This document shows, piece after piece, positions 53,569 to 64,000 of a DNA stretch of 64,000 nt; within the stretch, counting starts at the first letter, position 1, and each line of letters starts with the position of its first letter. Below the pieces are notes generated by a model. It was given only the letters and a program-made list of their open reading frames with translations. It searched no databases and was not told the DNA's origin. This stretch comes from Macrostomum lignano. Taxonomy: Eukaryota. Both the position numbers and the translations under genes were made by a program. The stretch spans positions 124,001 through 188,000 of the forward strand of contig NIVC01002161.1 of assembly GCA_002269645.1 (NCBI GenBank), written 5' to 3'.

Positions 53569-54272
53569 NNNNNNNNNNNNNNNNNNNNNNNNNNNNNNNN
53601 NNNNNNNNNNNNNNNNNNNNNNNNNNNNNNNNNNNNNNNNNNNNNNNNNNNNNNNNNNNNNNNNNNNNNNNNNNNNNNNNNNNNNNNNNNNNNNNNNNNN
53701 NNNNNNNNNNNNNNNNNNNNNNNNNNNNNNNNNNNNNNNNNNNNNNNNNNNNNNNNNNNNNNNNNNNNNNNNNNNNNNNNNNNNNNNNNNNNNNNNNNNN
53801 NNNNNNNNNNNNNNNNNNNNNNNNNNNNNNNNNNNNNNNNNNNNNNNNNNNNNNNNNNNNNNNNNNNNNNNNNNNNNNNNNNNNNNNNNNNNNNNNNNNN
53901 NNNNNNNNNNNNNNNNNNNNNNNNNNNNNNNNNNNNNNNNNNNNNNNNNNNNNNNNNNNNNNNNNNNNNNNNNNNNNNNNNNNNNNNNNNNNNNNNNNNN
54001 NNNNNNNNNNNNNNNNNNNNNNNNNNNNNNNNNNNNNNNNNNNNNNNNNNNNNNNNNNNNNNNNNNNNNNNNNNNNNNNNNNNNNNNNNNNNNNNNNNNN
54101 NNNNNNNNNNNNNNNNNNNNNNNNNNNNNNNNNNNNNNNNNNNNNNNNNNNNNNNNNNNNNNNNNNNNNNNNNNNNNNNNNNNNNNNNNNNNNNNNNNNN
54201 NNNNNNNNNNNNNNNNNNNNNNNNNNNNNNNNNNNNNNNNNNNNNNNNNNNNNNNNNNNNNNNNNNNNNNNN
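53569..54272. other. Assembly gap (704 N)
   Basis: Run of N. Confidence 1.
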
Positions 54273-54672
54273 CTCTCTCCTCTCTCCCCTTCTCTCTCTC
54301 CCTCTCCTCTCTTCCCCTCTCCTCTCTCCCCTCTCCTCTTCTCCCTCTCTCTCTCCCTCTCCTCTCCCCCTCTCCTCTCTCCCTCTTCCTCTCTCCACTC
54401 TCCTCTCTCCCCTCTCCTCTCTCTCCCCTCTCCTCTCCCCTCTCCTCTCTCCCTCTCTCCTCCTCTCCTTTCTCCTCTCTCCTCTCGCCTCTCCCCTCTC
54501 CTTCTCCTCTCCTCTCTTCCCCTCTCTCTCTCCCTCTCTTCTCTCTCTCCTTTCTCCTCTCCTCTCTCCCCTCTCTCTCTCCCCTCTCCTCTTCCCCTCT
54601 CCTCTCTCCCTCTCTCTCCTCCTCTCTCCTCTCTCCTTCCTCTCTCCCTCTCCTCTCTCCTCTCTCCCCTCT
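54273..54672. repeat. CT-rich low-complexity tract
   Basis: Pyrimidine-only tract abutting the gap. Confidence 0.9.
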
Positions 54673-55128
54673 TGTTGTGACAGTGCAACGTGATTTAGTT
54701 GCATGATGATTCATTGAATAGTTTGCTTTGAAATCTATTGATAAGTTATTGCACAATCAGTGTTCAGTTTAACGTGCCAATGCTAGCTAACGATTGAGTA
54801 ATGTTCATCGTGCATGCTTTGACTATAAATATATTGAGCGAGACCCAAGTGTCTCCAACTGACTGAATTCAATTTCAATTAACTAAAACACAACACCTCT
54901 CTTCTCCTCTCTCGTCTGTCTCCTCTCCTCTCTCCATTCTCTTCTCCCCTCTCCCCTCTCATCTCCCTCTCCTCTACCCTCTCTCCTCTCCTTTCACCTC
55001 TCTCTCCTTTTCTCTGTTCTCGTCCCCCATTTGATGCCACTCAAAAACATTCTCCCGCAAAGCTTTCAAAGGTGCCACCTATTACTCTGATGATTAATTG
55101 CAGACCAGACCAGACACACCAGGCTCAA

Positions 55129-55661
55129 ATGAGTCACCATTCGAGAACAGTTTGCCTGCTGCTTGTTCTCCTAGTAGCAGAGACTCTCGCCGATTCGCCA
55201 TCCTCGCGGTTGGACTGCGAGGTGCTGCGACGACGCTCTGGCGGCACCGCTCTGCGCCGACGAGACGGCCGCGGTGAATGCCGACTCTCTGATATGTCGG
55301 CCTCGCTGCCACCTTCAAAGTGCTCGGCGGCGGAGCAGCGGCGGCGGTCTTTCGGCGAATACTTCGACATCCGCCGGCGCGACACCGTGTTGACTCTGCG
55401 TCGCGAAATCGACGCGAGCAGCTGTGCTCAGTCGGAGACTCCGACGTCAACTGCGCCGTTATTGAATTGCGCGTCGCAATTGTCGACGACAAAGGTGGCA
55501 GCGACATCGCCCGGGTAAGAGTGGAAGTGATCGACAGAACGACCACCCGCCCAAGTTCTCCATCCCAATGTTCACGCTGAAGGTGGCGAGAATAGCAAGA
55601 TTGGAGCCACCTTCCCGCTGCAGCTGCAGCGGACCCGGACTCGACTGCGAATGCCTGCTCA
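55129..55661 (+). pseudogene. Protocadherin-like first exon with multiple frameshifts (pseudogene or consensus errors)
   Basis: Signal peptide MSHHSRTVCLLLVLLVAETLA. With four 1-nt corrections it reads YFDI...LTLRREID(R)EQLC...VRVEVIDR(N)DHPPKF...VA(E)NSKIGATFPLQ(A)AADPDS, i.e. cadherin DRE, DxNDxxPxF, ExxxxG and AxDxD motifs. Probable donor CAG|GTCAGT near 55662. Confidence 0.8.
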
Positions 55662-55689
55662 GGTCAGTGGCTGCTGCTCCACTCTGCTT

Positions 55690-58600
55690 GCTCTCAGTTG
55701 TCTCTCCCCTGTCTTCCTTGCCTCTCTCTTGCCTCTTCTTGTCTCTCTTTGTCTCTCCTTTGCCTCTCTCTTGTCTCTTCCTTGCCTCTCTCTTGCCTCT
55801 CTCTTGTCTCTCTCTTGTCTCTCCCTTGCCTCTCTCTTGCCTCTCTCTTGTCTCTTTCTTGTCTCTCTTGTCTCTTTCTTGTCTCCTTTGTCTCTCTTGT
55901 CTCTCATTTGTTCTCCCCTATCTGTATTGTCTCTCTCTTGTCTCTCTTTTGTCTCTCTCTTGTCTCTCCCTTGCCTCTCTCTTGTCTCTCCCTTGCCTCT
56001 CTCTTGTCTCTTCCTTGCCCCTCTCTTGTCTCTCTCTTGTCTCTCTCTTGTCTCTCCCTTGCCTCTCTCTTGTCTCTCCCTTGCCTCTCTCTTGTCTCTC
56101 CCTTGCCTCTCTCTTGTCTCTCCCTTGCCTCTCTCTTGTCTCTCCCTTGCCTCTCTCTTGTCTCTCCCTTGCCTCTCTTGTCTCTCCCTTGCCTCTCTCT
56201 TGTCTTTCCCTTGTTCTCTCTTGTCTCTCTCTTGTCTCTCTCTTGTCTCTCTCTTGTCTCTCTGCCTCTCCCTTGCCTCTCTTGTCTCTCCCTTGCCTCT
56301 CTCTTGTCTCTCTCTTGTCTCTCTCTTGTCTCTCTCTTGCCTCTCTCTCTTGCCTCTCTCTTGTCTCTCCCTTGTCTCTCTCTTGTCTCTCTCTTGTCTC
56401 TCCCTTGTCTCTCTCTCTCTCTTGTCTCTCTCTTGTCTCTCTCTTCTCTCCCTTGTCTCTCTCTTGTCTCTCTCTTGTCTCTTTCTCTCCCTTGTCTCTC
56501 TCTTGTCTCTCCTTGTCTCTCTATTGTCTCTCTCTCTCCCTTGTCTCTCTCTTGTCTCTCCCTTGCCTCTCCCTTGCCTCTCTCTTGTCTCTCCTTTGTC
56601 TTGTCTCTCCCTTGTCTCTCTCTTGTCTCTCCCTTGCCTCTCTCATTGTCTCTCTCTCCTTGCATCTCTCTCTTGTCTCTCCCTTGTCTCTCTCTTGTCT
56701 CTTCCCTTGCCTCTCTCTTGTCTCTCCCTTGCCTCTCTCTTGTCTCTCCCTTGCCTCTCTCTTGTCTCTCCCTTGCCTCTCTCTTGTCTCTCCCTTGCCT
56801 CTCTCTTGTCTCTCCCTTGCCTCTCTTGTCTCTCCCTTGCCTCTCTCTTGTCTTTCCTTGCCTCTCTCTTGTCTCTCTTGTCTCTCTCTTGTCTCTCTCT
56901 TGTCTCTCTTGTTCCCTTGCCTCTCTCTTGTCTCTCCTTGTCTCTCTCTTGTCTCTCTTGTCTCTCTTGTCTCTCCTTGCCTCTCTCTTGTCTCTCTATT
57001 GTCTCTCTTTCTCTCCCTTGTCTCTCTCTGTCTCTCTCTTGTCTCTCTCTTGTCTCTTCCTTGCCTCTCTCTTGTCTCTCTATTGTCTCTTTCTCTCCCT
57101 TGCCTCTCTCTTGTCTCTCCCTTGCCTCTCTCTTGTCTCTCCCTTGCCTCTCTCTTGTCTCTCCCTTGCCTCTCTCTTGTCTCTTCCTTGCCTCTCTCAT
57201 GTCTCTCTCTCCCTTGCATCTCTCTCTTGTCTCTCCCTTGCCTCTCTCATGTCTCTCTCTCCCTTGCATCTCTCTCTTGTCTCTCCCTGCCTCTCTTGTC
57301 TCTCTCTCTTGCATCTCTCTCTTGTCTCTCTCTTGTCTCTCTCTCTCTCCTTGCCTCTCTCTTGTCTCTCCCTTGCCTCTCTCTTGTCTCTTCCTTGCCT
57401 CTCTCTTGTCTCTCTCTTGTCTCTCTCTTGTCTCTCCCTTGCCTCTCTCTTGTCTCTTCCTTGCCTCTCTCTTGCCTCTCTCTTGTCTCTCTCTTGTCTC
57501 TCCTTTGCCTCTCTCTTGTCTCTTCCTTGCCTCTCTCTTGCCTCTCTCTTGTCTCTCTCTTGTCTCTCCCTTGCCTCTCTCTTGCCTCTCTCTTGTCTCT
57601 TTCTTGTCTCTCTTGTCTCTTTCTTGTCTCCTTTGTCTCTCTTGTCTCTCATTTGTCTCTCCCCTATCTGTATTGCTCTCTCTTGTCTCTCTCTTGTCTC
57701 TCTCTTGTCTCTTCCTTGCCTCTCTCTTGTCTCTCTCTTGTCTCTCTCTTGTCTCTCCCTTGCCTCTCTCTTGTCTCTTCCTTGCCTCTCTCTTGCCTCT
57801 CTCTTGTCTCTCTCTTGTCTCTCCTTTGCCTCTCTCTTGTCTCTTCCTTGCCTCTCTCTTGCCTCTCTCTTGTCTCTCTCTTGTCTCTCCCTTGCCTCTC
57901 TCTTGCCTCTCTCTTGTCTCTTTCTTGTCTCTCTTGTCTCTTTCTTGTCTCCTTTGTCTCTCTTGTCTCTCATTTGTCTCTCCCCTATCTGTATTGTCTC
58001 TCTCTTGTCTCTCTTTTGTCTCTCTCTTGTCTCTCCCTTGCCTCTCTCTTGTCTCTCCCTTGCCTCTCTCTTGTCTCTTCCTTGCCCCTCTCTTGTCTCT
58101 CTCTTGTCTCTCTCTTGTCTCTCCCTTGCCTCTCTCTTGTCTCTCCCTTGCCTCTCTCTTGTCTCTCTCTTGTCTCTCTCTTGTCTCTCCCTTGCCTCTC
58201 TCTTGTCTCTTCCTTGCCTCTCTCTTGTCTCTCTCTTGTCTCTCTCTTGTCTCTCCCTTGCCTCTCTCATGTCTCTCTCTCCCTTGCCTCTCTCTTGTCT
58301 CTCCCTTGCCTCTCTCTTGTCTCTTCCTTGCCTCTCTCTTGTCTCTCTCTTGTCTCTCTCTTGTCTCTCTCTTGTCTCTCTCTTGTCTCTCCCTTGCCTC
58401 TCTCTTGTCTCTCCCTTGCCTCTCTCATGTCTCTCTCTCCCTTGCATCTCTCTCTTGTCTCTCCCTTGCCTCTCTCTTGTCTCTTCCTTGCCTCTCTCTT
58501 GTCTCTCTCTTGTCTCTCTCTTGTCTCTCCCTTGCCTCTCTCTTGTCTCTCCCTTGCCTCTCTCTTGTCTCTTCCTTGCCTCTCTCTTGTCTCTCTCTTG

Positions 58601-58985
58601 TCTCTCTCTTGTCTCTCCCTTGCATCTCTCTCTTGTCTCTCCCTTGCCTCTCTCTTGTCTCTTCCTTGCCTCTCTCTTGCCTCTCTCTTGTCTCTCTCTT
58701 GTCTCTCCCTTGCCTCTCTCTTGTCTCTTCCTTGCCTCTCTCTTGCCTCTCTCTTGTCTCTCTCTTGTCTCTCCCTTGCCTCTCTCTTGCCTCTCTCTTG
58801 TCTCTTTCTTGTCTCTCTTGTCTCTCTCTTGTCTCCTTTGTCTCTCTTGTCTCTCATTTGTCTCTCCCCTATCTGTATTGTCTCTCTGTTGTCTCTCTCT
58901 CTCTGTCTCTGTCTCTCCCGTGTCTCTCCTCTGTGTCCCTTGTCTCTTTCATGTCTCTCGCTCTTGTCTCTCTCAACGCATCTTT
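55690..58985. repeat. CT-rich ~22-bp minisatellite (TCTCTCTTGTCTCTCCCTTGCC) with internal block duplications
   Basis: Marker CTCATTTG..CTCCCCTATCTGTATTG recurs near 55903, 57648, 57968 and 58852; source of the >1100-aa ORF artefacts. Confidence 0.95.
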
Positions 58986-59369
58986 TCTCAAAATGTCTTT
59001 TCTATCCCTGTCAACAAGTTTCTCTTATCCTGTCAGCGAGACGCGGGCTAATGCAGTGAATTATTAAATGAAGAGGCACAACAGGGCAGGCAGAGGTCTC
59101 GCATCCTTTTTTCAACAGATTCAGCTACACATCAAAGCGTCGGGGAACAATTATTTTACTTTAAAGCGTGCTCACTCATGCTCCAGAGGCGGAAGCCTTT
59201 CATACTCGAGCGCATTCTCACAGTTCGCTTCAAATCAAGCTTTTAATTAATTTTACTCTCCGGTTAAATGCCTTCCTGCGAGCTCTCTGGGGGTCGGCGC
59301 AGTGCTGACACTCACTGTTCGGACTTTTTGGCCACCTTTACTGTCCTTGCTATCCTTCTGTCTTGGGAC

Positions 59370-61521
<2,152 letters not shown>

Positions 61522-62559
61522 CCCAAAGTCCCGGTTGAGTCAGTCTATCCCCTTCTTCAATCAGCTCTTTATCCGCCCCAGTGAGCAGGTCAGAGAAGCC
61601 CCAGAAAGTGGGTCGGGGCCACTGCAGCAGCTCCGCACTTCACTGGATCTGAAAGTGTCAACTCAGGCTGGGCAGCAGATTATAAGTGAGCCAGCGAGAG
61701 AGAGAGGGTAGAGGCCCCCGTATAAAAAACTTGGCATAGAAGGGGAAATGTGTGAGAGTGTGATTTTTCCCCAGGAAAAAATTGAGAGAATGGAAGGGCC
61801 TCGTCGAAGAGAGTTAGTTAGGGGGGGGGGGTAGAGAGAGAGGAGCGATATAAATGAGTGCTGGAAGTGGGATTAATTAATACACACAAACTCAGCCTCG
61901 GAGACCCCGTAGCGGTCCTCAGAGATTGGAGTGGAAGCGGGGGGGGCTGTGAAGCTTGGGGGAAAAGGAAACACAGGGCAGAGTTGGGGGTTTAGGGAGG
62001 ACAAATGCTGGTGCTCAGAGATCCCCATCCACCTTGCCCTCTTTCGGAAGCGCGCAAACACGCAGACAGACAGACAAATTGCTGCTGAAAGTCGGACCCA
62101 AGCCCCCCTATTGAATCTGTCAGTCAAACATTGTCAGCAATGCTGAAGCGCAAATCAATATATTATTGGCTCTATATTATTTTATAACTATACTTGATGT
62201 CCCAAAATTGACCCGAATCTGGGCGTGTATCCCAGCGGAGAACAAAGCGGTGCTGAGGGATGACCGCTCCGCCATCGATCTGCATTCCCAGCACTGACAG
62301 CGGCTTGGCTCATTGGGATAAAAATATGATTAATAAACTCCCTCACAGAGACTTTGCTATCTTTTAGCAACAGTCGCTTTTCGGTAAAAAGCCCTTGCCC
62401 GGCAACTGTTGAGGACCCGCCGCTGTTCAATAAATCAAGCTCCGGCAGCGGGGTGGGTGGGGCGTCTTAGGGTGGTATTAAGTGCGGCCGCGGCCTCCTA
62501 TCTTCCTTTGTTCCCTGATTTGATGCGGACTGGATGCTGAGACTTTCAAAGGAATGGAG

Positions 62560-62885
62560 GCGGCGGATTTTGGGGGGCGGATTTTTGGAGGGCGGATTTT
62601 GAGGGTCGGATTTTGGGGGGCGGATTTTGGATTTCGGGGCGGATTTTGGAGGGCGGATTTCGGGGCGGATTTTGGGGGGCGGATTTTGGGGGGCGGATTT
62701 TGAGCGGATTTTGGGGGGCGGATTTTGGGGGGCGGATTTTGGGGGGGCGGAACTGGGCTGATCGTGAGACGGATTTGGGAACGGAGTGGGCTGACTGGTC
62801 GACAGCGGAATTGGGGGCGGAGTGGGGCTGGTCGACAGCGGATTTGGGGGGCGGAATTGGGCTGGTCGACAGCGGATTTGGGGGC
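62560..62885. repeat. G-rich degenerate repeat (GGCGGATTTTGGGGG)
   Basis: Tandem units of about 15 bp with G-runs. Confidence 0.85.
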
Positions 62886-63429
62886 TAATGCGTCGGGTGG
62901 AATGAGTTAATTAAATTTGAGGTGATGATGGTGCGGGGGCGGGACGAGATAGATTCGAGATAGATAAGGGGCGGAAAAGAACAATTTAAACCTGCAATCT
63001 TCTTCTATTTTAGAAATTTACACTAGCAAGCTCCAGTCTGCATGGATGACGACAGTGCTGACTATGAAGGATTTCCTTCTGCCTCAGATTCTTAAATCTT
63101 CAGACGGCGGCGGGCAATGGGCTTCTGCTGCTAATTAATAATTAATCCCCCTCGAAAATTTTGCCTGAGCAGAAAATCGTCCTTTTTATGGCTGCCATTC
63201 AATCTGAAAGGCAACACCAGCCCCAAACCCTCAGGACAAAATGGGGATTTAAAGGGATTAGAATCCCGTCTATTCAATCCTCTTCTTCTCCGTCGCCTTC
63301 TCTCGCAATCAATGGGTCATTCGTCATTTTTTCGAGAGCTCCGATTCAATTAAAGGCCAGTTCATAATTCAAAGAGCTTTTGCTTAAGAGCCTTTTATAT
63401 GCATCCACCGGGAAATTTTATTGGGGTAT

Positions 63430-63880
63430 CTTTGATCGTGGTGTCTTTTGAAGGGGTATCTTTGATCAGGGTATCTTTTGAGCGGGGTAGCTTTGATCAG
63501 GGTATCTTTTGAACGGGGTATCTTTGATCAGGGTATCTTTTGATCAGGGTATCATTTGATCGGGGTATCTTTTGATCAGGGTATCTTTTGATCAGGGTAT
63601 CTTTTGAACAGGTTAGCTTTGATCAGGGTATCTTTTGAACAGGTTATCTTTGATCAGGGTATCTTTTGAACGGGGTAGCTTTGATCAGGGTATCTTTTGA
63701 ACGGGGTATCTTTGATCAGGGTATCTTTTGATCAGGGTATCATTTGATCGGGGTATCTTTTGATCAGGGTATCTTTTGATCAGGGTATCTTTGATTGGGG
63801 TGTCTTTTTTATGGGTGTATTCTTGTTCAAGTAGGTACCTCTTGATCGGGAATCTTTGATCGGGTATTTTTATAGACATC
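63430..63880. repeat. 16-17-bp minisatellite (TTTGATCAGGGTATCTT)
   Basis: Direct tandem units. Confidence 0.9.
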
Positions 63881-64000
63881 TTTTATCGAATATTCTGAAT
63901 CAGATAAATTATCTTCGACCGGGGTACCTTTATTGGGATATTTGTGCTGGCCAGGTATTTGGGGAGGCGGCATTCTTCCATCGGCTCGCATCTCCACCCC

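Noticed and set aside
53441-54756. ORFs spanning the N run
   Set aside because: Artefacts of the gap and the adjacent CT tract.
55568-59067. >1100-aa Leu/Ser/Cys and Arg/Glu ORFs
   Set aside because: Translations of a CT-rich satellite.

Overview
Eukaryotic (metazoan) genomic DNA with GT-AG spliced genes, GC-rich exons and introns packed with unrelated minisatellites. The style suggests a free-living flatworm such as Macrostomum, but that is inference only. Genes reconstructed by hand with consistent splice phases: two divergent Cdc42-family GTPases (+, 11106-14134 and 22471-24945); a secreted PAN/apple + 3 atypical TSP1-repeat protein (-, 17578-19720); an orphan rhodopsin-class GPCR (-, 29362-32031); a giant RNF213/mysterin-like AAA+ ATPase (-, 34797 to >53499, at least 13 exons, about 3650 codons visible, 5' end cut by a 704-N gap); a frameshifted protocadherin first exon (+, 55129-55661); an unknown repeat-containing gene (-, 4776-5590); and a small frameshifted secreted lectin-like ORF (21849-22137). 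Mobile DNA: five copies of a tRNA-derived SINE (two with TSDs), one CORE-like SINE, a solo LTR with a 5-bp TSD, a hAT MITE, a hAT end and a TA-flanked MITE. There are about 25 tandem arrays, and most long ORFs in the supplied track are artefacts of them. The most notable observation is that the RNF213-like protein keeps its ATPase motifs but has only a half RING and no RZ finger, within one uninterrupted exon.
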